Positions 39,585 to 51,841 of a stretch of DNA of 64,000 nucleotides are shown here, one piece after another. Under the pieces are notes generated by a model, which made no database searches, was not told where the DNA came from, and saw only the letters and a list, made by a program, of their open reading frames with translations. Both the position numbers and the translations under genes were made by a program. Source of the stretch: Octopus sinensis (Eukaryota); the NCBI RefSeq assembly GCF_006345805.1, contig NC_042997.1, positions 97,588,001-97,652,000 on the forward strand, in the 5' to 3' direction. Position 1 is the stretch's first letter. The number at the start of each line of letters is the position of its first letter.

Positions 39585-40443
39585 TCATCATCGTGTAATG
39601 TCCGTTTTCCATGCTGGTGTGGGTTGGATGGTTTGACTGAGGTCTGGAGAGCCAGCAGCTGCACCAGGTTCCAATCTGATCTGGATGCCCTTCCTAATGC
39701 CAACCACTCCGATAGTGTAGTGGGTGCTTTTTATGTGCTACTGGCATAGGAGCCAGTTAGGTGGATCTGGCATCAACCATGTTCGGATGGTGCTTTTTAC
39801 GTGCCACTGGCACAGGAGCCAGTTGGGAAAGCCTGGCATCGTTCACATTCGGATAGTGCTTTTTATGTGCCACCAGCACGGGAGCCAGTCAGGCGGTCCT
39901 GGCATCGACCACGTCCAGATGGTGCTTTTTACATGTCACTGGCATGGGAGCCAGTCAGGTGGGCCTGGCATAGTTCACGTTTGGATAGTGCTTTTTATGT
40001 TCCACTGGTATGGGAGCCAGTCATGGGGCACTGACATCAGCCATGTTTGGATGATGCATTTTACGTGCCTCTGGAATGGGAGCCAGTCAGGAGGCACTGG
40101 CCTCAGCTACGATTTTGGTGTTACACACACACACACACACATATATCATCATCATCATCATCGTTTAACGTCTGCTTTCCATGCTAGCATGGGTTGGACG
40201 GTTTAACTGGGGTCTGGGAAGCCCGAAGGCTATACCAGGCCAGTCAGATCTGGCGGTGTTTCTACAGCTGGATGCCCTTCCTAACGCCAACCACTCCGTG
40301 AGTGTAGTGGGTGTTTTTTATGTGCCACCTGACTGGCTCCCATTCCAGTGGCACGTAAAATGCATCATCCAAACATAGCCGATGTCAGTGCCCCATGACT
40401 GGCTCCCATACCAGTGGAACATAAAAAGCACTATCCAAACGTG

Positions 40444-40483
<40 letters not shown>

Positions 40484-40994
40484 TTTTATTTTTTATTATA
40501 TTTGTTTCACTCATTGGACTGCAGCCATACTGGATCGTAGCCTTGAAGTATTAAATCAAACAAATTTCCCCCAGTACTTGTTTTAAGTCTGGTACTTAAT
40601 GTGTATGCACACACATACACACACTCACACACAAGTGCGCATACATACACACACACACACATGTATGTATGTATGTATGTATTTGCCCGTTTCTTAATTT
40701 TTCAATGTTAGGATGTAATTCTACTTCATTATGTTGATGCTCGTAAAAAGAATTCTAAATTTTTCTAACAAATGATATTTTCAAATGCTAACGGACATTA
40801 AATGATGATGATGATGATTTTCTAAAAAAACTACTATTTTTTTGTGTAACAGCAGTTAGGTATTAGTCAAAGAGGATTTGATTATGTAATTTTCTGACAG
40901 CAGAATTTATTTAAAACTAATTATATTGATTTCTTAGCATTTTATTGTTATGTTAGATATATATTGTACTTCATGTGATGTATAAATAATTGCT

Positions 40995-41486
40995 GTATAG
41001 AAAATGCAATCATAGAATTAATTAACATAAATAACTTGTGCTAATTGGAAATACAATAGGAGCCATTATTGTTGGTAAATTGGATAGTATAAACAAGTAG
41101 TTTAAGTGCAGCTGTACCCAATTTTTCCATATGAAAGGGTCAATTTGAAAGATTAAATTTTGTCCGAGCTTAAATGTCCTGCGAAGACTATGGGTACGGT
41201 CCTTTTTTCCAGACCAAATCACAGAAAAAAAAAAAGATATGTATAGAAGATGCAATCATAGAATTAATTAACATAAATAACTTGTGCTAATTGGAAATTC
41301 AATAGGAGCCATTATTGTTGGTAAATTGGATAGTATAAACAAGTAGTTTAAGTGCAGCTGTACCCAATTTTTCCATATGAAAGGGTCAATTTGAAGGATT
41401 AAATTTTGTCCGAGCTTAAATGTCCTGCGAAGGCTATGGGTACGGTCCTTTTTTCCAGACCAAATCACGGAAAAAAAAAAAGATAT
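40995..41486. repeat. Tandem duplication, 2 x 246 bp
   Basis: Units 40995-41240 and 41241-41486 with 5 substitutions counted. Confidence 0.95.
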
Positions 41487-42068
41487 GCTTGTGAAACATA
41501 TCTTTAATTTTGCTGAAACATAACGTAATTAGTTGGTGTTAGGTTAAAATTTACTTAATATTCTATATTTGCAGGTGTATAAGTTACACTTAAAGCAAAT
41601 TTAACTCTTTAGCATTTAGATTACTTTATCAAATATAATGTGTTTTTATTCGTATTGTTTTGAACTAATCACACATTATTTTGTTTCTAGATTTCAGTAT
41701 GATTGTTTAATTTTAGACTGACATTGTGGGGTAGGCGTGAGAAGCCAGATCTAGCTGGTTTGAACATAAAAACTGGTTGAATATTTGGACCTGATATGGC
41801 TGGTTTAAATGCTAAAGGGTTAATGTTTCATTATACACTCATGCACTTTGTATACTGTTTGTAATATGGTTGCATTAGATGCATAGTAATTTTTTGTTAC
41901 ATTTAAGAATATGAAAAAAGTGTCTTTTACCCTGGCATATATAGTAATGTGTGTTTTGGTATTATACCTAATGCTATCTAATTTTGGGTGGGGAAAGATC
42001 AGTTGACATGATCATTCATTATTGGATGTAAAACAATTAACAATTTAAAAAAAAATTTATTTATAACA

Positions 42069-42243
42069 GGCGCAGGAGTGGCTGTGTGGTAAGTAGCTTG
42101 CTAACCAACCACATGGTTCTGGGTTCAGTCCCACTGCGTGGCATCTTGGGCAAGTGTCTTCTGCTATAGCCCCGGGCCGACCAATGCCTTGTGAGTGGAT
42201 TTGGTAGACGGAAACTGAAAGAAGCCTGTCGTATATATGTATG

Positions 42244-42274
<31 letters not shown>

Positions 42275-42482
42275 TTGTGTGTCTGTGTTTGTCCCCCTAG
42301 CATTGCTTGACAACCGATGCTGGTGTGTTTACGTCCCCGTAACTTAGCGGTTCGGCAAAAGAGACCGATAGAATAAGTACTGGGCTTACAAAGAATAAGT
42401 CCCGGGGTCGATTTGCTCGACTAAAGGCGGTGCTCCAGCATGGCCGCAGTCAAATGACTGAAACAAGTAAAAGAGAGAGTAA
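42069..42482 (+). mobile_element. tRNA-derived SINE family A, full-length copy with central microsatellite
   Basis: GGCGCAGGAGTGGCTGTGTGG (A-box-like)...GGGTTCAGTCCC (B-box-like)...TTGGGCAAGTGTCTTC core, then TA/TG tract and 3' part ending AAACAAGTAAAAGAG. ATAACAG flanks both ends. More than 15 partial copies occur across the window (e.g. 11020, 19270-, 25430-, 26260-, 27735, 29275, 32975). Confidence 0.88.
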
Positions 42483-42824
42483 ATAACAGTGTTTGGGTTA
42501 TTTATTTTGATCTTTGCTAATTACATTGATAAAGAAAAATAAAACAAATGTTATAAGAGCATTGTTGTTCACTTAAAGTATTGAAATACAGAAGTAGGAA
42601 ATGAAAATGGAAATCTTCGTTCTCAAAATATAAAAATACAAAGGTTTTTTTGGTAAAACTTTCTGGAAGCTTTCTTTATTTCCTTTTTCATTTTCTAAAA
42701 CAAATGTTATTTAATAAATCAATTTATTCAGTTTTAGTGAGAGGTGAGAGGGAGTATGTATTGTTTCTTAGGGTTTCTTTTTTTTGTTAATTTTATTGAC
42801 CTTTTGTTTTCTTTCTTTATCCAG

Positions 42825-42916
42825 AATTTTCATTCAGTGATGAGTTGAAATTAATATCTTCAGAAGCATCGATATTTTTTGGCTTGTTAGCTAGTGCCTT
42901 TGAAGGAATTGGAACT
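42825..42916 (+). CDS. Amino-acid transporter, coding exon 4
   Basis: TTTATCCAG| ... |GTGAGT. Encodes KFSFSDELKLISSEASIFFGLLASAFEGIGT, the FFG...AFEGIG TM6 motif of SLC36/AVT3. Phase 1 in, phase 0 out. Confidence 0.92.
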
Positions 42917-45132
42917 GTGAGTATGTTTAATCCTTTAGCATTCAGATTACTCTGTCAAATGTAATGCTTATTTATTTACATTATTTTGAATTAATCATGC
43001 ACTATCCCACAACTTTGAGATTTCAGTGATGTAATGGTTTATTTTTAGATTGACATTGTAGGTGTGTGTGAGAGGCCAGAGCTGGTCAGTTTGAACATAA
43101 AACAGGCAAAATATTTGGGCCTGATATAACCAGTTTAAATGTTTATGGGTTAAGTTATTCATTATTTGAATGACATAGTAGCTAATGAAATATGATACTT
43201 TATAAGGTAACTACTCTCCTGGATGGACTACTGATGCTCCTGGCTAAAGCATGTATTCAGCATTCCCTCTAAACTCTGTGTGTCATTACACAGTTGCTGT
43301 ATTGCTGTTGTGCACATCCAAATGTTGTTATTCATTTTAATTTACAAGTGTCTTCTTCTATAACCCTGGGTCACTCAAAACCTTGTGAGTTGATTTGGTA
43401 GACAGAAACTGTAAGAAGCCCATCCTGTGTGTCTATGATCATCATTGTCACCCTTTAGTATGTTTTCCATGCTGGCATAAGTTGGACAGTTTTACTAGAC
43501 CTGGCAAGCCAGAGAGCTGCACCAAGTTCTGATCTGATTTGGTTTGGTTTCTATGACTTGATGCCCTTTCTAGCGCCAATCACTTTACAGGGTCTGCTGG
43601 CTGCTTTTTATGTGACAAAATGAAATGGGTATTACTACTCAATTCCCAGACCGGGTGTTGTGAGTCTTTATTGAGCGAAAACACCTAAAAGCTCCACGAA
43701 GCTCCGGCAGGGGGTGGTGATCCCTGCTGTACTCTTTCACCACTCTTTCTTCTGTTGGCCTGCTCACTTAGCCAGCGGGGTGACGTCATTCAAAAGCTAA
43801 AGCAATGCGAACGCATTGTGACCAGCAATGTGTAGCAACATCTGATGGTCTGGTCGGTCACGTTATCACGTGATATATATATATATAATGTGTGTGTATG
43901 TGTTACTGTCTTCTTGCCTCATAGTTGCTAATGAGTGACACTGTAATGCAAGTGGTGTTCTTCATTTTCAGTATTCTGTATAAAGATATCTGTCTGATCA
44001 TAGGAGAATATTACCTTACTTGGAAACAAGTGAGGGTTTGCAAGAAAAAGTTACATCCAATTATAGAAAAATCTGTCTCAAGAAAAAAAAATTCCCATCC
44101 AATCATGCATGCATGGAAAAGTGGATGTTAAAACAAAGCTGATGATCATGGTATGCTTGATAAACCACATTGAAGTTTGAAATCTGAACTAAAACTTTTT
44201 TGGCTCGAAGCATCAGAAGTTTTACTCAGGACAGTCCACTTATGCATACCTTTCCTTCATTGGACACTAAACTCTACTTGCGAAGACCTGTTGAGGCAAG
44301 TGAAATCGAAATTGAAATCAAATTAGATGACTGGCATCCGTGCTAGTGGGGCACTAAGAGTACCATACGAGTGTGATCATTGCCAGAGCAACAAGCTGGC
44401 TTCCGTGCCGATGGCATATAAAAAACAATATTCGATCATGATTGTTACCCACGTCGCCTTACTGGCACTTGTGCTAGTAGTACGTGAAAAAACATTTGAG
44501 TGAGGTTGTTGCCAGTGCCGCTGGACTGGCTCCTGTGCAGGTGGCACATAAAAAGCACCATTTGAGCATGGCCATTGCCAGTACTGCCTTACTGGCCCTC
44601 GTGCTGGTGGCACGTAAAAGCACCCACTACACTCTCGGAGTGGTTGGCGTTAGGAAGGGCATCCAGCTGTAGAAACTCTGCCAGATCAGATTGGAGTCTG
44701 GTGCAGCCATCTGGTTTGCCAGACCTCAGTCAAATCGTCCAACCCATGCTAGCATGGAAAGTGGACGTTAAATGATGATGATGATGATGATGACTGCTTG
44801 TAATAACAATTGCGATTGTTTAGTTCCAGGTCAGTCTTGATGCTAAAATGTAACAAACACTGAAGCTACTTTAATCATATGCCTTTTTTAGGAGTGTGGT
44901 ATAAAAATTGTTCTGGTCTACTTAACTAATGAATAACATCTGTTGTATTTCACAGATGAGTAATTGAAGGTTTTTAGCAAATGACTAACATGTCATATTT
45001 CACAGATGAGTAATTAAAGGATTTTAACACAAAAGAAAACAAAATATCAAACGCCTATTCAATTTCACTGCATAATTATTTTATCCTATTTAATCTGAAA
45101 CGCAGAAAATAAGGAAGGTATAAAATATTGAT

Positions 45133-45852
45133 TTGCGTTGGACAAAACACATCGCTAAAATTGTCAAGAAGGCTGAGGGTGTCTTGGCATCACTCACCAA
45201 ATCCTTTATGAGCCGCTCTCCGGCTATCTATCTGTGGCTTTATATAGCTATGGTAAGACCTCACCTGGAATTTGCATCACCGGTCTGGAACCCCTATCTT
45301 GCCCAGGATATCAATCGTCTGGAAGCTGTTCAGCGACGTGCAACCAAAAGAATACCCTCCATCAGGCATTTGCCATATCCTGAACGCCTTACTTCCCTGG
45401 GCATGGACACATTGAAACTCCGACGTCTGGCAGCTGACTTGGCAGACACCCATAAAATTATCAACCATCGTACAAACAATAACTCTGAGAACCTTTTCAA
45501 ACTTCACCCATCTAACACCTGTGGACATATTTACAAAGTAAGAAAACAGCACAGCTCCCATGACTTCAGGAAACATTTTTTCGCACTGAGAGTTGCTGAA
45601 GCATGGAACAAACTGCCGGCATCAGTTGTTAGTTGTCGGAGCACTGCATCCTTCAAAACTTCCATGCTTCCTGAGATTCGCCAACACTATACTTGATTTT
45701 CTCCCCTCCATACACACACAACATGTATCTGACTCATACATTGTTCGCTTTCCAGACATTTCTACATTACTGCATGTACTTTATATGCACTTTCTGACAA
45801 TTTGTGGTGCACCTGAGCACTGTATACAATAATTTCATTATATATTATATAT
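45133..45852 (+). mobile_element. CR1/L2-group LINE 3' fragment (RT C-terminus plus 3' UTR)
   Basis: LY.AMVRPHLEFASPVWNPYLAQDINRLEAVQRRATKRI...YPERL..LG...L..RR...DL...RKHFFALRVAEAWNKLP is the canonical CR1-type C-terminal motif set. Confidence 0.88.
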
Positions 45853-45931
45853 TGTAAGGGATGTCCCAACTTCCTACTTATTGAAGAAGCTTTCATAGTC
45901 TCACAACCTGCTAGAAATAGTTTAGTTCCAG

Positions 45932-46160
45932 ATTGCAAGCTGGCAGAAACAGCGTGCCGGACAAAATGCTTACCAGTATTTCGTCTGCCATTACATTCTG
46001 AGTTCAAATTCCGCCATGGTTGACTTTGCCTTTCATCTTTTCGGGGTCGATAAATAAAGTACCAGTTACACACTGGGTTCAATGTAATCGACTTAATCCG
46101 TTTGTCTGTCCTTGTTTGTCCCCTCTATATTTAGCTCCTTATGGGCAATTAGGAAATAAG
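45932..46160 (+). mobile_element. SINE family B with 19-bp TSD
   Basis: AGAAATAGTTTAGTTCCAG appears on both sides. Confidence 0.85.
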
Positions 46161-47877
46161 AAATAGTTTAGTTCCAGGTCAGTCTTGATGCTAAACAGCA
46201 ACAATCACTGAAACTATCTTAATTGTATGCCTTTTTGGTGCATATTATAAAAGTTGTGTTTTTGGTCTACTGGAATGCAGAAAATAGGGTGGGGTCAAAA
46301 TATTGTAAGGGATATCCCAACTTCCTACTTATTGAGGGAGCTGTTCATAGTCACTAGTATCACCTAAGTTTTTTAATCACACAGCTATGCCTTATAAAAT
46401 TAAGGTTAGTGTAGAGAGTTAGTATTTATTTAATACTCAATAGATTTATATTCATAAAAAAAAGATTGTGTTACTTAAACACTATTTGAAAAAAAAACTT
46501 TGGGCTTTAAACTATATATATTCAGATTTTATGTAAGGCTCCTTCAAGTGAATGTATTAATTTTCTAAAATCTGTTTAAAATCTGTTATTAAATTGCCAA
46601 TATGGAGAGACACATTGAATCAACATAATAAAAATGTTTATGTTCTGATATGTATTGGAACCTAAACACTTATACAAAACACCAACACTCAGTGCAGTAT
46701 TTAGCGCAGAATAGCATGCCAGAATTATATACAAATACAAGTTTTAGCCAGCTGTACAGATGTTGTAAAACTCTGGATTGTGAAGACACACTTCATTGGG
46801 AAACAGAATCCCACCCTAACAAAAGAGAATTGGATATTTGGAAGTACATATTTTGCATTCTCGAATCTTATTGCTTAATTGTTAATTGTAAGCACCTTTT
46901 AGGTACATTGTTCTTTGGACCCATGAAAGTATATATCTTTAACTGGCAACAAGGCTTCCTTCCTGTGAACATTTATATGTAATAGTAATATATTCTTAAC
47001 ATGAGTTCATGGCTGTTTCTTGCACCATTTTCACAAAGCAGCCCTAGCCCTTCCAAAGTAACTTGGATTGCAGAACAGCCTGCTGTGCTTACCTTGGATC
47101 GTTGGGCGACCTGCTGTACTTGAGGAGACCTATTGAGTCAAGTACATCAACATCAAAATAAAAATCAAATGGATATTGTAGTTATGGTACCTGTGCTGGT
47201 GGCATGTAAAAAGCACCATTCAAACATAGCCGATGTCAGTGCTGCCTTGACCGGCTCCCGTGCCGGTGGCACATAAAAAGCACCAACTGATCGTGGTCAC
47301 TGCCAGCCTCCCTTGGCACCCGTGCCTGTGGCATGTAAATAGCACCCACTACACTCACGGAGTGGTTGGCATTAGTAAGGTGGCAAGCTGGCAGAAACAT
47401 TAGCACATCGGGCAAAATGCTTAGTGGTATTTCGTCTGCCGTTATGTTCTGAGTTCAAATTCCGCCGAGGTCGACTTTGCCTTTCATCCTTTCGGGGTCG
47501 ATTAAATAAGTACCAGTTACGCACTGGGGTCGATATAATCGACTTAATCCATTTGTCTGTCCCTGTTTGTCCTCTCTGTGTTTGGCCCCTTGTGGGTAGT
47601 AAAGAAATAGACATTAGGAAGTGCATCCAGCTGTAGAAACACTGCCAAATCAGACTGGAGCCTGATGCAGCCTCCTGGCTTCCCAGACCCTGGTCGACAG
47701 TCCAACCCATGCTAGCATGGAAAACAGACGTTAAACGATGATGATGATGATGATTCTTGTTTTCTTATGTTACTTTGTTGTTCCACTGTAAATCACTGCA
47801 CCAACAGTGCAAAAATGTTGCTTGAAACAAATTCATACATTATGTGTAATCATTTCTTTGTTTCTTTTTTCTTGCAG

Positions 47878-48157
47878 ATTATTCCAATTGAAAGTAGTAT
47901 GGATGGGAACCGCCACAATTTCCCTAAATTTCTTAACGGTGCTATACTGATAGTTAGCTTCATTCTGCTGGTGCTTGGTTTGTTTGGTTACCTACGGTTT
48001 GGCTCTCATGTTAACCAATTGATCAACCTGTCCCTTATTCATAGTGGTTTAGGTGCGCATTTGCTTAATGCCTGCCTCATTGTAGCTGTGATCTGTACAT
48101 ATCCTCTAATGATTTATCCTGTGTTGCAGATGATTGAAAACTTTGTCTTTGTGCAAG
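47878..48157 (+). CDS. Amino-acid transporter, coding exon 5
   Basis: TTCTTGCAG| ... |GTAATT. IIPIESSM...GLFGYLRFGSHVNQLINLSL...TYPLMIYPVLQMIE matches family motifs P.E..M, GYL.FG and TYPL..YP. Phase 0 in, phase 1 out. Confidence 0.93.
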
Positions 48158-49552
48158 GTAATTAGAATTAATAATTTTTTCTTTTTCTTTTTTTGAAATG
48201 CATTTGTTTGATTCTACGTGTGGACGAGAGAATGTTCCAGAAAATTTTCTTAATTTGGATATTGTTTAACCATTTCAGTGTTCAGATTATTCTGTCAAAT
48301 GTTTTGAATTTACCCTGCATTCTCTTCTAACCTTGATATTGTAGGGTAGGTGTAAGATGTTAGATCTGGACAGTTTGAACTTAAAACAGGTAGAATATTT
48401 GGGCTAGATATGGCTAGTTTAAATGCTAAAGGGTTAGTTTTCTGATTTTTTGTGATATCATTCTTGAAACCTTAATCTGCAATATTAATTTAAAAAGATA
48501 ATTGAATTTTTATTTTTTTAATACTATTTTCACTCTTTGACAGGCCATGTAAATTCAACTCAATGCTATTATAAGATTTTGATTTCTGTAAAATATCACC
48601 TGGCTCTAATTTATTTAATACTCAATAGATTTATATTAATAAAAAAAGATTGTATTACTTAAACCCTATTTGAAAAAAGAACTTTGGGCTTTAAGCTATA
48701 TGTAATTCAAATTTTATGTAAGGCTCCTTCAAGTGAGTGTATTAATTTTCTAAGGTGTAGCTGTGTGGTTAAGACACTTTCTGCCCAACCATACGGTTAT
48801 AGGTTCAATTCCACTGCATGGCACCTTGGACAAGTCTTTTACTATAACCCCAGTCCAACCAAAGCTTCATGAGGAAACCCATCATATTTGTGTATGTGTG
48901 TATCTAAATTTAGGGAATGGAATTGATAAAATCCAGGCTACATCTTTCCTAACTAACAGAACCTTCTACATCAATAAACCACTATTGTTCCTAAAAGTAT
49001 TTTTTTTACACATTCTTCAGACTCCTCAAAGCTTACTAACTCACTACACTAACCTTGGATCTTACTTTCACATATTATATATATATATATATATAAAATA
49101 AAAGAATGTATGTGTGAGTTGGTGTCTTCTTTTCTTAACTTCATGTGATAGTTGTAAATAAGTGTTACTGTCGTACAAGCAGTGTTCTTTGATTCCAACC
49201 TTCTATGAAAGCATGTCTGATTATGAAGTAATATTAAAACATTGCCTTCCTTGCAAACAAGTGAAAGTAGGCAACAGGAAGTGTATCAAGATGTAGAAAA
49301 TCTGCCTCAGTAAATTCCATGTGAACATGTGAAAGGGGACATTAACATAATGACAATAGGGTTTCATAACTTTGCTGGGAAGATATCAGATATTCTGATG
49401 CGATCAGCTTCAGGAACGATGTTCTTCAGAGCTGAGAAAATCCTTCAGTGATGTTCCAATCGCCTTCTAAGTTGTACCCCATATCCTGTATGATTAGTTG
49501 AATATTTATCCCTACTTTAATGTGGATATTCTGTTAGTATAAACGATAAACG

Positions 49553-49850
49553 TCACCCTTTTCAAGCCTAGCCAGGCTCATGGGCCCGGTCTCCTGGTTT
49601 CTGTGGTGTATTTGTTCCCCCCAGCTGGACAGGATGCCAGTCCATCGCAGTGTTACTCAAGAAACAGGAAGAGAGAATGAGAGAAAGTTGTAGTGAAAGA
49701 GTACATCAGGGGTCGCCACCACCCACTGCCAGAGCTTCATAGAGATTTAGGTGTTATCGCTCAATAAACACAACGCCCAGTCTGGGAATCGAAACCGCGA
49801 TCCTCTGACCGCGAGTCCACTGCCCTAACAACTGGTCCATTGCGCCTCCA
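49553..49850 (-). mobile_element. tRNA-derived SINE with V-domain-like segment
   Basis: Minus strand has a GGAGGCGCAATGGACCAGTTGTTAGGGC A box and GGTTTCGATTCC B box. CTGCGATGGACTGGCATCCTGTCCAG resembles the V-SINE central domain. The same head with a different tail occurs at about 43640-43880(+). Confidence 0.7.
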
Positions 49851-50834
49851 CAGAATGAACTATACTACAATAGATACTATGAGAGAAATTCCCGTATTAG
49901 CTTTTGATGCAAAATAGAACTCTTGTTTATATCACTAGCAGGGCGACAAATCCCCGTCATTTCCAGTGCTGAGACCACCATATCATGTGATTTTGACCTT
50001 CCTTGGTCTTAGCAATGATAGACACTCAACCGCTAGAGATAGCAGCAACTTATCTCCCTCCCAGTGATATATAGAATTACAGTGCCTAAACATTATCATA
50101 CTTTTGGTAATTGTTTCTAACTTAAGCACAAAACCAACAGTTTTGTGAGTTTGAGTTTAGTTGATTATATTGACCCCAGCACTTGACTGGTACCATATTT
50201 TTATCAACCCTGGAGGGATGAAAGATAAAGTTCATTAGTGAGATTTGATCTAGAATATTAAGAGCTGTAACAAATACCACAAAGCATTTTGTGTAGTGCC
50301 CTAACTATTCTACTAATCCACTGTTCTTATACTTCTCAGTATTTAATACTTTGAACCTAAATCTGGTGTATAAATAATTGTGTTGCTTGAACTGGTTTGT
50401 TTTAAAGTCCGTCATAAACTTGTTTTATTTAGTAATTAATTAGGCATTACAATGCTGTATAATAAATGGAATCATTGTTCTTTTGATTAATTTGCTGAAG
50501 CAATATTTGAAGTGTCACGCAGTTTTCAAGCTATATCCATACAAGAAATAACGTTTATAACTACTATCTTCCTTGTTTCTCCTATCATTAATTCCATCAT
50601 TTTGAAGTTCATACGTGCAACTAATCTTACACTACGCAGCTATGTCTAAGGGCAGTAACTAAAAAAATATTTGATGTAGGTTTTTTCGAGTTACCTCCCC
50701 TATTTAAACCACATTCTCTTCTGATTTTTTTAAATTTATTTATTTGTAATTATTAAAAGCAATCGATATTCATTATATTTTCATATACAAGACACTTGCA
50801 TAGATATATTTATATTTATATATTCATATTACAG

Positions 50835-50929
50835 AAACAATAACTGACAATGAGACCATGTCCACAAATCTCCTAGATTCATTTGAAGAAGATTATCCAT
50901 TACCTGTAACCAAACCAATTCCTTCATCA
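50835..50929 (+). CDS. Amino-acid transporter, coding exon 6 (acidic linker ETITDNETMSTNLLDSFEEDYPLPVTKPIPSS)
   Basis: TATTACAG| ... |GTGAGT, with an open frame. It is the only candidate seen that bridges exon 5 (phase 1) to exon 7 (phase 0). Confidence 0.8.
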
Positions 50930-51565
50930 GTGAGTTTTTTGTTTTTTCGGGGTTTTTTTCTGTTGTCATCTGCAACAATTTATTCATGAAAAACATCATC
51001 TTAGACTGTGCCTCTGTTCTATTTGTATTGGGCGCCCAATTATACATTTAACATTAATCATACAAGAGTTGGGCTGCCTTCACTTCACTTATATAGAAGA
51101 GAGACCCAATGGAGAAACTTCGTAGTAGTATGTCTTGCTAAAAAAGGAAGCTAATCATTACTATCTTTTACGTCAACTCCAGTGCTCAACTAATACTTAC
51201 TTTATCAACCTTGATAGGATGAAAAGGCAAAGTCAACCTTGGTAGAATTTAAACTCAGAACATAGAGACAGACAAAATGCTGCTATGCATTTTGCCTGGT
51301 GTGCTAACGATTCTGCCAGCTTGCCTCCCTAGTCATGGGAAATATTACTTTGCTTGCAAACAGGTGGCAGGAAGGGCATCTGGTTATAGAAAAACCTGCC
51401 TCTAAAAAATTTCCATTTGACGCATAAAAGCATGGAAAAGGGAACATTAAATAATTATGATAATAATGATGGTGATAATCCATGAGAGCTGAATGATTAG
51501 AAAATTAAAGCAAATAGAATTCATGAGAAAAAGTATTTAAATGTTTTCCGTATCATTTTGTACAG

Positions 51566-51671
51566 GTTCCTTCTTGGAAAAGACATGGTGTTAGAATCTC
51601 CGTCATTACATCAACTATTGGTTTTGGTATTCTCTTTCAACACCACTTTGCATACTTAACAGCTATTTTAG
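51566..51671 (+). CDS. Amino-acid transporter, coding exon 7
   Basis: TTTTGTACAG| ... |GTGAGT. Encodes VPSWKRHGVRISVITSTIGFGILFQHHFAYLTAIL(G). Phase 0 in, phase 1 out. Confidence 0.88.
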
Positions 51672-51841
51672 GTGAGTTTTTTTTTGTTTTTCATTCTTCG
51701 TCTGAGAACTGTTATATCAGTAATTTCAGTTGAATTTTTTGTCATCTAGCTGTAAGTATCCATAGAGTCTTAAAAGTTTGTGTTAGATGTGTTTATTTTA
51801 AAATAATTGGATGTGCGTGTGTATGTTTGTTAATATATATA

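Noticed and set aside
39724-40100. Regularly spaced 60-bp repeats that look CRISPR-like, with a repetitive 160-aa ORF
   Set aside because: The inter-repeat parts are homologous to each other, no cas genes are present and the context is eukaryotic. It is the minisatellite of a retroelement.
42069-42150. tRNA-like A/B box sequences as tRNA genes
   Set aside because: No cloverleaf or acceptor stem is present, and each continues into a SINE body.
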